A DNA stretch of 64,000 nt, taken from assembly GCA_965644295.1 (NCBI GenBank), contig CBFFRP010000152.1, forward strand, positions 1 to 64,000, given 5' to 3'. A program made the position numbers and the translations under genes. How positions within the stretch are numbered: position 1 is the stretch's first letter; every line of letters begins with the position of its first letter. The notes beneath the pieces are model-generated. The model did not search any database, was not told the origin of the DNA, and saw only the letters and a program-made list of their open reading frames with translations. This stretch comes from Paraphysomonas bandaiensis. Taxonomy: Eukaryota > Protista > Chrysophyceae. Of the stretch, positions 45,101-59,174 are shown piece by piece.

Positions 45101-48100
45101 CGGTCTACCAAGACAGCAGTGATGGTTGATGGCATATCTTCCGGCTCTAAATCTGTTGAGTCAGTAGGAAAAGCAGCAATATCCACATATTTATTTTCGT
45201 CTTCCTCAAACCTTGCATCTAGCCCCATCTTAACTTGATCCAAAACAGATTCTGCAATTCGTTGTTGCTTTAACTTCAACGCTAGCGCCCTATCACTTAT
45301 TGATACAGACTCATCAGAACCTGCAGTAACATAGAAGGAGCGTGAGTCCAGGTAAACTCGCTCGACAGCGTACTGAGAGTCCATCTTCATTGCATTCATT
45401 AACTCAGACATCAGCGAATCTGTTGCCTTGAAGCTTGCCTGATCCGCCACTGGACAAAATATCGATTTAAGCAGCCCTATCACTCTTGAAGTCAACAACC
45501 TACCTATTCGTCTCAATTCCTCGGTAAGTACCGTCTCCTGCATGGCATCTAGTTTGGCTCGGAACTTCTCGGCATAGTCCATGTACTCCTTCATCCAGTC
45601 TCCAGCAAACCCTAGGTCTTTATCGTTCTCAACGAGCTCAATGCGAAGTTTCAAATGCTCACACAATCGTTCCATGACAAAGTCTTCATCAGTTAACCAT
45701 TTCACTCTATCTATGGTGTCTTTAAACCTCTCTGTCAGAATCAAACTACAGTTAGTGCAATTAAAGTACTCTTGGCGGTCTACCTTTTATGACGGCTAGT
45801 CGTCTGCAATTTCCTCTGATATGATGTGTCAGCCACCACTTAGTGGAATTTATATGCTCTATTCGATGTGTACATGCCCCTCTTTTCAAAAACAAGCTTT
45901 TAACTTTAGCGTTGAGATGAAAAAGTTCCTTCGGTTCAAGAGAGTTCATGCCTGCTTGCAGAATTATTTCGTTTTTTCTGTGCTCCTGCTTAAATGCTTT
46001 CCGTTGCTCCCTTAACTTCTCCTCCATTTTAGGAAATTTCTGTATCAGCTCCAACCAGTGCGTATTGTTTGCCTCTATCATCTGACACACTTTTCAGCTG
46101 TATAGTACACAAAATGAGAATGTACCTGAATAGCTTGACAGTATTCCTCGAATATATCAGAAAATAACTTATTACGAGCATTAACCCTCCGTTGCTGTAC
46201 ATCGTAGAGCACCCGCTTCTCAACAGCTGCTTTCCTAATCGCAAGTCTACGTGCCTCTTCTTTTGCGGACTTTTTTATGTATTTCTTTTTCTTCTTTTTG
46301 AAATCTACACGGAATTTAATACCCACCTTCTTCTGGAAATACAACCTCACGGAATATACTCTATAACGTCGCTGTATGACGACTGCAGCGCGATGAGCAT
46401 TGTCACACCTAAACGATACGTCTTCCAATTTTCGCTGATTTGCTTTCGCACGGACGTATTTCCTGGCTACAAGCTGTCGATAGCAGTTGGCGATTTTCGT
46501 AGCAGCATTATGTTTTTGAGCGGATTCTTCAGCCGCCTTGGCCGCCTCAATGGCCTTCTTTGCAGCGAGTTGCTCCATTTCCTTAGCAAGATTCCGTTCC
46601 TTCTGAATTCTTTGTATCTCCGCACTGCTTTTCAAAAATCCAACCAAATATCTAGCAAATATACATTAATCCGATATAAAATAGATACCATGCATGTGCT
46701 CACTTGATGTCATAAGTTGCTTTCTGAACCATATCCATATGATATATAAGTGATGTATTCGACTCTTTTACGTGAACGACCCGCGGCTCTATCATATCCA
46801 TGTGATGGTTACGCTTGGAACCATCCACATGCGCCTTAAAAGCACAAAAAAAGCAATATCCTTTCACACAAACTTTGCAGAAAATTAACCGAAGCCTCAA
46901 GCCGCACAATTCACAGTGCAGGGTACGCTTCATATTTTGCCGAACTTCAAATCCATTTAGCATAGGGTCAAATAGCGTGGTATCTGATGCCGGCTCTTCT
47001 CGATGGGGCTCGATAGGCCAGAAAGTAAAAGTATATTGGTGTACTTTTTTCTGCTCACTGTCACGGCTAATATTTTCTAATCCAAAAGTGAGAGCTGCTT
47101 GAGAGGCATACATGGACTGCGCTGCGCCTTTGATAACGACATCACTCCGCAGAAGCGCAGGCGGATCACTGAAAAAGGCTAGCTTTCTACCATCAGCCCG
47201 AGAAACGTACGGTTTTTTATCAAATGCCTGGGGAACAATGAATGGGAGTTTTGGAGCCAGATCGAATTTTGCAACAGCACCACTAGACGCATATTCAATA
47301 TCTGGTACATTCGTCCGATTGGCTTCAATGCCCTTAATCATATCTTGTACCTCTTTCTTTTTTCTTGCAATTTGGTACGCTTTTACTCTCTCTTGATATT
47401 CACCCCTCGTGGAAAAGCTGCCGAGTGATGCCATTAAATCGTCGCCTTCCTCTGGAGCGCATGAGTGAATGACCGTCTTCCAAAATGGAGGAAGTTTCAT
47501 ATATATCTGAGCAAGAATGTATCTATCTGAGAGACGGACAATCATTCCCCTGGCAATTTTCTGTATCTTTTTCGCGGAATCATTCATGGATTTAATACGC
47601 ACGAATGTGGTGCGACCTTTCCACCCTCTCACGATTCGTTGTACCAGAACGATAGATCGCAACAGCGGTAAAAGATTCTCACGAAACTTGCGTTGAATTC
47701 TTGTCGCACAATCAATAATATATAAGCGGTCCCTGATCAGTGATAGTTTGTATTCTCGACGCTTATACCTATACCATCTTTGCAGATACTTCGTCGTGTT
47801 CACTAGTTTCAGTTCACGATAGCTTACGGCTTTGCGGTATACAAATTGGATTTTTCTAGCCGCCCACTGCTCATCCATCTGGCGACGGATAAAGCTGTCG
47901 CGATACGCCCATATATCGCGCTTAGAATGAGGAAAGAGTCCACCCCACTCGTATGTTTTTCCGTCCAAGATTGTCGAATGAGTTGAATAGCAACTCCTCC
48001 CGAAAACAGCATGCCAAAATGTCTTCGGGTTTTCAAGATTCGCACTCTTCACTAGGTTTCTCAAGGTTACCGATGCCCCACTGCTCATCGACGAGTTCTG

Positions 48101-49966
48101 ACGCTTAAATAAGCTGGCCGCCGTGCTGAGACGACTTGTTCGCCTTGAGTCAGTAGAGTTCCTTCCAGTAGGAGTACTAACCCCGCTTCCCCTAGATGAT
48201 ACAGTTTCGTCATCCTGCGAATGCTGCTCTTCATTTCCTTTGTCATTCAACTCAACTCCAGAATCTGCAGGGCCCCGAGGAAGAGTGACATGCTCCAACG
48301 CAAAACACTTAGACAGTACAGCTGCCATGCCAGGAATTGATAGCTTATCTGCGCCCAACAAATCCAGTCGCTTCAAAAATAAATGTCCTGCAAAATCTGA
48401 TGCTTCCCCACGACCACCCCGTAACCAAGATGAGGTCATTGTGATACCGCACTGGTTGCGTATGTCCAGTACACGTAGACGCCGCAGATACATAAAAATT
48501 GCCTTGAGTGTGTTATCCGTGTACTGCTGCACTCTTCCCCCCCATGCATCTGTATTACCAACGACAGTGCCGATGTGAAGTTCCAGCAGCCCTGGACATC
48601 CTTCGCAGAGCCTCTCAATTCCCTCTTCACCAAGTCCAAGACAGTCATTTGCCCGTAGAATCTTTAAATTGTGACAGTGGCTCCCCAGAGCGGCCAGAGC
48701 CGCGTTGTCAATACGCGATAAACCAGAAATAGTAAGCTCTTCCAGTGACGTATGAGAGGTGGCCATCATTGCCACGCCGGTTGAAGTCACGAGTGCACAG
48801 TTGTGCATTAGAAGCCGCTTCAACCTGGACTCACCAGCTGGCAGGTCCAGTCCGTTGCAGAACATGTCGTCAGTAAGCCCAGCGTTTCCAGATATATCTA
48901 ATGACTCCAGTACTACACAGTATTCTAGCACTCTACGCACTGCAACAGACTCTAGCTTACGAGTGCCCAAATATGATATGTCAAGGTGAACAAGAGTGCG
49001 CCTGCACTGACAGCCTGCAATGAGTACGACCGAACTGGAGTCGACTTGCTTGCAGTTCCGGATGTTAATACGCTTCAAGTGTGGGCTACCAAGAGCAAGT
49101 CCTTGTACAAACCCATTTTCCACCTGTGGAATTGCGGATAAATCGACCGTTTCCAGATCAGGTAATGCAGCACCAATCCAGTCTAAAGAGTCTGTCAATA
49201 GTGGGCAACCAGAAACATCTAGGTGTCGAATAGATCGAGTGACGTACTGCTTCATTGGTTTTTCACTAAAACCATATGTAGAATCAGCAGTGATTACTAT
49301 ACCAACAAAAGTAAGACTGGTGCAACTCGACACATCCAAATCATCCAGCTTTAAACATTCAAACAGTACCCGTTTAACGCCAACATGTGTGACGTTAGAG
49401 TTATTCGAGCATTTAAATGTTGTCAGCACGTCACAAAAAGCGGAGTTCGAAATAGCAAACAGCGCGGTGTCGGTAATATCAGGACAGTTTGAGACATCGA
49501 GACCAGATAGGTGAGGCAACTGACTTGCAAATGATTCGACATCACTATCCTGCAAAACAGACACACCTTTAAGGTTTAAATGTTGCAATTTCGAAAGAGC
49601 ACAAATGTAGCCTAATCCAACTTCTGTTAATAAACTACAGCTCGATAAATTAATAGATTCCAAACTATCAGCAAACGCTCTTAGATTGAACACAAACTTA
49701 TCATCCACTTCATCATTGTCAGATACATTAATATCTTTCAACTGGAATCCATCTAATTTATATCCATTTAATGCCTCTTGTATATTACTCCAATATCTTA
49801 AATCTAATGATGATACAGGTGATCCTTGTTGATGTAATGTGTGATACTGTAATGTATCAGTGTCCGGACAGTGACTATATAAATATTTCTTTAATGCACA
49901 TGGTACTGTACCGTCTTTACTTCTTTGAAAATGTGGATGAGGTTCTGGTGGTTTGATATGTTTCAT
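42123..49966 (-). CDS. Giant (~2,450 aa, 11 exons) protein: cysteine-type LRRs, IQ, B-box, IQ, coiled coil, MABP-like, EF-hands
   Basis: Ten GT-AG introns join the ORFs 46700-50035, 46078, 45761, 44833, two small exons, 44258, 43759, 42579, 42388 and 42123 in frame. LxxLxLxxCxxxTD repeats; IQRKFR/IQKIARG; CELC..C..C....C..C...H......HH; EF-like DKKRTTRITTDD and DSEHEGLVSHAD. Confidence 0.82.
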
Positions 49967-50242
49967 TATATGAATGAATGTTGAATGAGTGTGTGAGTGA
50001 TTGATTAATGTGATCAATACATGTAAGGAGTTCAAGTCTTATGTATAGTGTATATATACATATATATATATATAGAGGTGATGTATTACTGTATCGTGAA
50101 TAGAGTAACAGTACTCATAGATACTGTAGTGAGGATCAAGTAACAACTCAATAGAGTTAACAGAATGATTTATAAGAAGAAGAAATTCTACTTAAAGTGT
50201 ATGTGTACACACACAGAGCACATGTACAGTAACTGCCTGCTA

Positions 50243-50833
50243 TACCTACCTACCTACCTACCTACCTACCTACCTACCTACCTACCTACCTACCTACCTA
50301 CATACATACATACATACATACATACATACATACATACATACATACATACATACATACATACATACATACATACATACATACATACATACATACATACATG
50401 TACACATACATACATACATACATACATACATACATACATACATACATGTACACATACATACATACATACATACATACATACATACATACATACATACATA
50501 CATACATACATACATACATACATACATACATACATACATACATACATACATACATACATACATACATACATACATACATACATACATACATACATACATA
50601 CATACATACATACATACATACATACATACATACATACATACATACATACATACATGCATACATACATACATACATACATACATACATACATACATACATA
50701 CATACATACATACATACATACATACATACATACATACATACATACATACATACATACATACATACATACATACATACATACATACATACATACATACATA
50801 CATACATACATACATACATACATACATACATAC
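50243..50833. repeat. Compound (TACC)n-(TACA)n microsatellite, ~590 bp
   Basis: Direct reading; it fills most of the spacer between two divergent genes. Confidence 0.97.
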
Positions 50834-50913
50834 AGACATACATGTGCAGGGTATCCTTGTGTTACTATTTCTCTGTAGAGATCAAAGATTGTTGATTCCA
50901 TATCACTCGTGAC

Positions 50914-51876
50914 ATGTATACTACACGAAACATTACTCGCTTGCCTTGTTCTTGTCTTCGACGACTATCAAACACTATCAGTAAAGATAAAGTTGTCGTG
51001 ACTGCTGCATTGAATGGTATCTTAACTGATCCTGCTAAGTTTAATATTCCAGTCACACCTGATGAGTTAGCAGTGGCTGCATCAGAGGCATATGATGCTG
51101 GTGCTTCAGTTGTGCATATTCACTTCCGTGACCAAAGGCCAGGCAAGGGTCACTTACCTACTTGGGATCCTGACGTAGCCCGTAGTATATCAGATGCCAT
51201 ACGAGCTGCTCGACCTGATATTATTGTCAATTTTACTACTGGGACGGTTGGAGAGGTCGGACCAATGGGAGGGGGTCCTTTGGGACCTACTGGAGGACCG
51301 ATATCTTGCATGGAAGCAGGATTACCTGAAATTGCGGCACTTAACAGTGGTACATTGAACTACCTCAAGACGACAAGTAAAAAGACATGGGCGTGGCCTC
51401 CCATGGCATTCACTAACCCAGTTGAAAAAATTGATACAATGTTTAAGGCAATGGATCGGTTAGGAATTAAAGCAGAGTGTGAGTGTTTCGACACTGGTAT
51501 AGTGCGCAGTATCCGTATGTTCGAAGATGTGGGTATGCTGAAGCAACCCATAAATGTCAGCCTCGTAATGGGAGTTGCAAGTGGAATGCCTTGTCGACCG
51601 GAGTGGATTCCACTGCTTGTAGATGAGCTAAACGAAGAAACACAATGGCAGGTAATTGCTATTGGAAGAGAAGATGCCGTGTGGCCTACGCTGCGCCGGG
51701 CGGCTGAGCTGGGAGGGCACGTGCGCTCAGGGCTGGAGGACACATTTTATCTCCCTGATGGGAAACGTGCAAGTACTAGTGGTGCTTTAATCGAAGCTCT
51801 CGTAAAAATGGTTCGGGAGGTGGGTCGAGAGCCTGCAACTCCCGCAGAGGCGAGACTCATTCTCGGGTGCAGATAA
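50914..51876 (+). CDS. Beta-keto acid cleavage enzyme (BKACE/DUF849, Kce-like) with mitochondrial-type presequence
   Basis: VVVTAALNG, IPVTPDE, AGASVVHIHFRD, ECECFDTG, GGHVRSGLED, GREPATPAEAR; intronless. Confidence 0.92.
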   Translation: MYTTRNITRLPCSCLRRLSNTISKDKVVVTAALNGILTDPAKFNIPVTPDELAVAASEAYDAGASVVHIHFRDQRPGKGHLPTWDPDVARSISDAIRAARPDIIVNFTTGTVGEVGPMGGGPLGPTGGPISCMEAGLPEIAALNSGTLNYLKTTSKKTWAWPPMAFTNPVEKIDTMFKAMDRLGIKAECECFDTGIVRSIRMFEDVGMLKQPINVSLVMGVASGMPCRPEWIPLLVDELNEETQWQVIAIGREDAVWPTLRRAAELGGHVRSGLEDTFYLPDGKRASTSGALIEALVKMVREVGREPATPAEARLILGCR

Positions 51877-53299
51877 ACTGCCTATGTGTTATTCAATGAA
51901 GAATCTGTTTGTGATTTACTAAAATATTTCAAAATGTGGTGCCGTGTATTAGTAATAAAATATACTATTTCTATTTTTAAGCTATTATGCTTGCGTGGTT
52001 GCCTTTAAAGTACCATGAGCTACTTTCATGGAATGTTCGGCTCAAGAATTGAATAAACCATAAAGCTATATTATTGTAGAGAGAAGGAAGAGTCATTGTT
52101 TGGTTAGTACGATGATGCTATGTCGAACTACTCCTTGCTTATGTCAGAAATACCCCTTGCTTATATCACGTAACGAATATAGACTGGATAATAATCTTGT
52201 AGTAAAGAAATAATCTTGAAAGTTTCTTTGGATAAGAACAAGTTCAGTTTAAGTAGCCATAAAGATTTTTATATAAACCCTATGACGTACAAGTGGCACT
52301 GAGTTTATTCAAAAATTCCATCTAATATCCAGGACCCCAAAAATAAAATAGAATGAATAGATATCGCAGTTCGATTTGAGAAAATATATTTCCTACAAAA
52401 TCTACGCAGAATCATATTTTCATTTCACAACATACTATAGCAAGCCATAAGAGTATTTTCACCCCCTTATGAAGCACGTAGTATACGCTGTACTCTCAAC
52501 GGGAAACAACATATCTGATTACGAGGATTACTGCAGTTTTCGATTGTGAGGAATACGTCCTTGATGATGACAGGAGCAAATATAAGACTCACAAGCCGAA
52601 TTAATGACTTTCAGTATTATACATACTTTTTAAAATAATAACATTCAACTTGTCAGTCATCCGCTAATAGTGGTCATGATAATCTAAGAATTTATTGAAA
52701 AGTCAGGTTGTATTACTACCTTATGGCATACCACCACAACGCCCTCGTATAGCTCTCCTATGCATATATCTATCCTAATGTGTAATATGCAACGCAGAAA
52801 TCTCTTTCATTGCATCATGGGGTGCAGGCCACCACCACTATCTATTGGAAGTGATATTAGTGAATGTTGGATATAATCTATGTCCCATTTATAGTATATA
52901 GATATCACAACGGAACTATATTCCTCATTATACCGCCGTATATGTCGTATACAGCAGTTGACTATATATGGTATACGGACTACATCCATACCATATCCGG
53001 ATATACAGTGCTGTGTACACCACTACACCACTCATCGTACATAGTATTGCAGTGGAAGTGCATGCATACTCTATAGTGCATATCCGATCGCATATATATA
53101 CTACTGTATAGTACAGTACGACAAGTGTATATGTATCATAGCTATGTATATACATGTACTGCATATGTCTATATGAAGGAGTTCGTTACATATATACATC
53201 ATCCCACTCCAAGTTACTTACAATATATATACATAATAAGTCCAACTTGGGCATCAATCTACCTAACACTCTTCATCTATTAATTCTAATCTATCATCT

Positions 53300-54345
53300 A
53301 TGGGTTGTTGTTGTTGTTGTTGTCGTTCTAGTAAAGTATTTGTTGTGAGTGAGAAGCCTGGTCAAGGACCGGATTGTTTAGAGGCATTGAGAACTTTACA
53401 TCTATCTGATGAAGATATAAATAAAATCTATGCTGGATTTTTAGAATTTGATATCAGTGGTGATGGAACAGTTGATTTGGTGGAGTTTTTGACCATACTT
53501 AATATTGGTATGTATACATATGACTAGTACATAGTGTGTGTATATATGACTATATACATGTGATTGCAGAGGAAACACCAATAACTAGAGAGATATTTGA
53601 TGAACTGGACAATTCAGGAGATCACTCAATGACCTTTAAAGAGGTTTATATAGTATACTTCATGTGCTGTTGCTTGACCGTTGCTCTCGCAGTTCGCTCT
53701 CAACATATGGCACTATTGCGTAAAAGATAAGAAAGCAATTGCACAGATGGCGTTCGACATATTTGATATTAATGACAATGGTACCTTGAGTGATCAGGAG
53801 TTGAGGCAAATGGTTTCTGAAATATACGGCAAGAAGGGAATGTCGCATGATTTGAAAACTATTATGAAGAAGCTCGATAAAAACAAAGACAACCAGATAT
53901 CACGGTCTGAGTTTGTAAATGCGGCGCACCAGTTTCCCGCTTTACTTTTCCCGGCTTTCCATATGCAGGTACGTCGCACCATAGCATATGTAAAATTCTA
54001 GCATAATTTTGTGTGAAGACCACATTCCAGCAAAGGATTGGTGGCGAGGCTTTCTGGAAGGACAAGTGTCTACAGGCTTCAACGTATGCACATGTGATCG
54101 TCTTATGTTTTTATCATTCTGATTGTGGTGTGATGTGCAGCTTCATAGATAGTCCTGAAGTGCAGGCTTTGTTTGCCTCCAAAAAGACTGTACAGAAGCG
54201 AACTGAGTTGCGTCGAAAAAAAGCAGCTGCTATCGAGAAGAGTGACAGGAGCAGTAACAGGAGCAGTAACAAGGAACCTTCAAGCCGCGAAGAAGAAAGG
54301 TCTTCCAAGAGGCAATCGAAGTCAAGGAAGCAATCGAAAAAGTAA
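53300..54345 (+). CDS. Calcineurin-B-like EF-hand protein with MGCCCCCC N-terminus (5 exons)
   Basis: EF loops DISGDGTVDLVE, DNSGDHSMTFKE, DINDNGTLSDQE, DKNKDNQISRSE. Confidence 0.9.
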
Positions 54346-54992
54346 CTATTGTGGTATGTGTAGCACTAGATTGCGTTGTCAGGTAACTGCCGACATCGCG
54401 TCATGACTGCTGTATGAAACTCTCTCAAGTATGATATTCAGAGTTTTTTACAAACAATGCACTTTAGAGGTATATTACTGATTTAGTTGTGTGATTTCCT
54501 ATTCCGTGTACTACGTATTCTATTAGACTTTTGTCTTCTTCCTTTACTATTCGATTATGAAATTAGTTATACCGTTATACCGACTAAATAGCATAATTCC
54601 ACTGATATTTGTTGCGAAAGACAATTAATTTGTATTACCATTCTTATACTATGCTCTGCTGGTGTATTTTTCGTCCACATTATGAGACATCCGAAATACG
54701 ATTAGTGATATATAGCTTATGACTTATTTCCGAACACATTGGAATTTTTGGGGACGAAAACTCTACCATTCAAGTTATTAATTAAGTAGCAATTATCACG
54801 TAAATGGGATAAGTAGAAGTTACGAGTCTTGAGATATAGTAGATCCTTATTTCTACAAAAGTAAAAAAGCTGTATTTTGCACTTTATGACTAGTTCGTTG
54901 CCGCTGACGGAGAATTACGTCTACGTCGCGGCCAGAGGAGTGCTACAGGAGAAAATACACACCAAGGTAAACTAAAAACTAACAGTACAAGA

Positions 54993-55816
54993 TCATTCAT
55001 CATCTTTTTGACTTTTGTTATCTTTGCCAGATCCCCAACCCTGATCCTTGGCATATCGGAACATTTCTTCAATAGAAGTTACCTCTTCAGGGTGCAGACT
55101 CGGGTGCCTAAATATAGAAATCATAAGCTCCTACGTACTAGTACGGCCCCATAACTACCATATATCAAAGAGAAGAACAACACGATCCTGATCGGTATTG
55201 TTCCACACGTAGTGCTCATAACAGTCGTCAAATATAATAGGCTCCCCAACTTTCCACTTTATATCATGACCCCCTGTATAGAATTAACAACCAGTCACCG
55301 CCAAAAATTGGTACCTATGTTCATTCCGCAGTCACCATCTGGCACTACTAAAGGAAGATGGCACCTCAGGCGAATGTTACACGGACCAGTATGAGGAGCT
55401 ATTTGAGAGTTTTTCTTCAGAGTGCTGAAAAACGCGTAACTAAACGGAACTGAATGCATCAATCCCGGTACAGACTCCAAAGCTAAAGTCGTTTCTGGAC
55501 AATTAACTGCAAATTCTGTTTGTTTGACTCCTTTCATTATATATGAACTCCATTCCCATGAACCCTTATGCAGAGTATGTTCATCTGTTTTCAATTTATA
55601 ATCAGATACTGTTGATGGTTTAGAATGCCATTTTTCATATTCTTTTATAATAATTGATGTACGTTTTTTTAATATATTAGTAAATTCAAAATGTTTATTC
55701 TCATATAATGGTTGTGCATGTAAACCAGGGAAGAAGAATATTGAAGGCATTGGCCGTGGAATGATGAATGTTTTACACATTGCAGATTGTACAATATCTG
55801 CCATATATTTAGACAT
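54993..55816 (-). CDS. Aspartyl/asparaginyl beta-hydroxylase-domain protein (3 exons)
   Basis: FFSTL...IAPHTGPCNIRLRCHLPL, IFDDCYEHYVWN, RVVLLFDIWHP. Confidence 0.9.
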
Positions 55817-56379
55817 GATAATAGATTAATAGTTGAAGTGATAAGATCAGATGAAAGGGTTAGGGATATATGAGGTGGTTTGGTTAATGTGCAGTCTATG
55901 CATATATATATATATAGTACACAGTAGAGCTTTACCACACTTACAGCCGGTTCTATTGCTTGTATATAAAAATCAGATACATTATAAAAATTAATAGAAA
56001 TTATACTTATAAATCGATAGAAATCCGACATTTTTAAGCTCTATATACACTGTACTGTACAATTACAATGTGTATGGATATACTGCTGTGTATATAGAGT
56101 GTATGTGGGTGGGTATGCCAATGAGACTAGAAAATCACCCTTTTCTCGTTGTTTTAGTTAAACATATTGTCATAAAAAAACAGCATCGAACAAAAAATCC
56201 TGGATTTTTTCCCCTCATCTCACACAGAGAATTTTGAGGGAGTGTGTGATCCGTAAATTGGATTCCTGGTATCTCGAATCCTCAGAATCATATGCAGTGC
56301 ACTGTCATACTATTATGCATACTTAGAAGCTAATCTCCATACCACAAACAAAGTGACAACAAGACCTGAACGTAATATA

Positions 56380-57236
56380 ATGAGCCTCGATAATAAAGCT
56401 CCTAATGGCAATGGCATTGACAAGTATATGGTTGACTGTAAGACACTAGGGAGAGAGTCTCTCATTGAACACGCAGCGATACAGTCTGGAATAGCAGCTG
56501 GAAGTAAAGAGTCTGCTACTTACCAAATGCTTAGTTCGGTTGTGACTGCGATGGGCTCGTACATCAAACACGCCAACACCACGCAAGCGAGGAGTAATGA
56601 CTCTGCTGTGACAGATCAGAGATGGTATAATTTATCCTCAACTGGTTTTGTGGTTGGTACCGTTTCTACCCTAATTGCCCAGCTGCTTGCCCAAGTAGGA
56701 TTGAATGTAACGGTTGAGAGTTGTGCTGCTTACTTCACTTCCGCGTGTGCAAACGGTCCTCATGCCCATATATTGAATATGACTTGTAGAACCTTTGCTA
56801 ACGCATGTTTATCTGGCTCCGCGGGTGCTGCTTCTAGTGTGCTCTCTTTTCTAATGCAGACACTGGTGCAGTATCTTCGCAAAGAAGGCATCACACTTGG
56901 AGACAATGTAGTCACTGGATTGCTTATTGGGGTGTCCACTGCGATTTGTACCTTTCTATTAGAAGGTGTTGTTGCTGTATTTGTTGGGGGTCTGATGGCT
57001 CAAGCGATAACCGATTTGCGGCTGCGGGCTCAGAAGTCTCGTAAAAGCATAATTACTTGCATGGGAGACAGCATTTCTTATGTAAGAGTATATTTTAGTT
57101 TTTCATTTCGTAAGTTGATCAGTATATATGATGTATGCTACAGGCTGTACAATATTATTCAAGATTCCTCATTAGCTTATTTTCCTCTCCCTTCCGAACC
57201 GGAAGTATGACTACAATGGGTCTTTCTGTGATTTGA
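56380..57236 (+). CDS. Hypothetical membrane protein (probably 2 exons)
   Basis: Gly/Ala-rich hydrophobic segments; GT-AG intron at ~57082-57142. Confidence 0.6.
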
Positions 57237-57865
57237 TCGCGCGTGGTCTACAGAGATGTTATCCGAGATGGCGTCTATGATTGACTATATGGTGCTTTTT
57301 TTGTTCAACGAATTTGTGAATGTGTTATAGATAATTAGTGATACTGTAGTGAAAGTGTGCTGGTTGACTGTAGGCCGTGCGTAATGCGTAACACAACACT
57401 TACACAAGTGGAACATTCCCATCAATTGAATAGAACATGAAATAATGCATGATGTTCCAACATTCTCTAAACTTTTCACTATTAACTACGTCCTGTAGTA
57501 ACTATACAACTGTCCTAGATATGATATATATATTCAGTTCAGAAAAAGGCAGAGCATTCGACACACCTATACTAGATGCAAACAAATCATACATTACAAA
57601 CTGATAGTGGCTGTGCTAAGTATGTGGCATTGTTGGCTGCAGATATATAGTGTGCATAGACGTTACTAAGCAATAAAGCAGGTTCCTGTAAATGCTGCTA
57701 ACAACTCATTATTTATGACAACATTTTCTTTGCAACGTACTGCTAACATCGGAGCAAACACAGAGCAAAGGGCCCAACATTGAATGCTGACACAGATAGA
57801 TTTCTAATTGGTAATACCATCCTGAACATGCCACCCAACGCAAGAGAATTACTTACACCCGCAAT

Positions 57866-58647
57866 TTAGCCGAGCAGCAATTTGCCATCAGGAGTCTTGC
57901 TGTATGGGGGCAGCTCGAGGTTAAGAGGAGCAGGCCCCTTGCGAATTCTTCCACTAACATCATAGTGGGACCCGTGGCAAGGACAGAACCACCCTCCGTA
58001 ATCTCCAGCGTTGGAAACCGGGACACATCCGAGGTGAGTGCAAATGCCAATGACTACAAGCCTGAACACACGTAAGTTTACTTTCGAACAAAAAAGGCTA
58101 TAGACTTACCACTCAGGATCATGTGTACGCTCATTATCAGGTACAGGATCACGGAGGGCGCTCATCTCAACGGCCGCCTCTTTATCAATTTCTGCTTGTG
58201 TTCTATGGCGGATAAAGATAGGTTTACCACGCCATTTCACAGTAATTGTGGTTCCAGGCGCGACAGAACTGACATCAAATTCAGCACAAGCCAGTGCAAG
58301 AACATCAGCAGAGGGACTCATGCTTGAAACAAACTATATAAACAATATTATACATGAAGGATAATGACATATGGGTACATACAGAAATGAGTGCCAAACG
58401 GGCAGTGGAAGCATAGACCAAACGACTACCGCCTAGCATAAAGTAGGTAAAATCACGACGATTTGAATCGCCAGGATTTTTCTTGATTCTTTCACTTTCG
58501 AATAAACCATCAACAGATCCTAGATTGGAGCTCGAAAAGCTGCGCAAACCAGGGCGATGAATATCTGTTCAACATTATATAAGAACGTAATGAAAACATA
58601 ATCTAATACATACTCTTGGCAAACGAGGCTAATCGTGAAGCAAGCAT
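57866..58647 (-). CDS. UQCRFS1: Cytochrome bc1 Rieske iron-sulfur subunit (4 exons)
   Basis: [53 protein letters not shown]; presequence [11 protein letters not shown]. Confidence 0.97.
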
Positions 58648-59174
58648 AGTGGAATAATGCCTTATAAGCTACTGGTAGAATGAGGAGTTGGCAATGGCGG
58701 ATAGTATATATATATATATAACATACATACATATATGTCTCTATTAATACACACCACATCCCTTCTATGCAAAAAAATGCAGTACCCCATGCTGATGATG
58801 TTTTTGAGGAGATGGTTCTTGATGGGACACAATAATTTTCAGTTTTTATTTTTATGAAGGGATGGATGAGATTGTATATAGGAGTGTCGTATAGATGAAG
58901 TACAGGTATGTATACCACACGGTATTACTGTCTGTGTACCTATATACTACAGTACTCGTATGCCATCATGTGTATGTATAGTGTATACCGATACATATAA
59001 AGTACAGGAGCAGTACATATGTACATCTATATATGTATATGTATGATATACGTACAGAAGTACAGCAGTACATATATAGCTACTATCTAGCCTAAGCATC
59101 TTGTTAATAGATCTTCCACTAACCATCATATACACCCATTAACGCAATCAACTATTCGATTAGGGTTAGAGTAA

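Noticed and set aside
46815-49514. Multiple + strand ORFs over the giant gene (and similar ones over myosin and RPAP1)
   Set aside because: Antisense shadows of long coding exons with no motifs.
50165-50901. Long HTYI/MYVC ORFs
   Set aside because: Microsatellite artefact.
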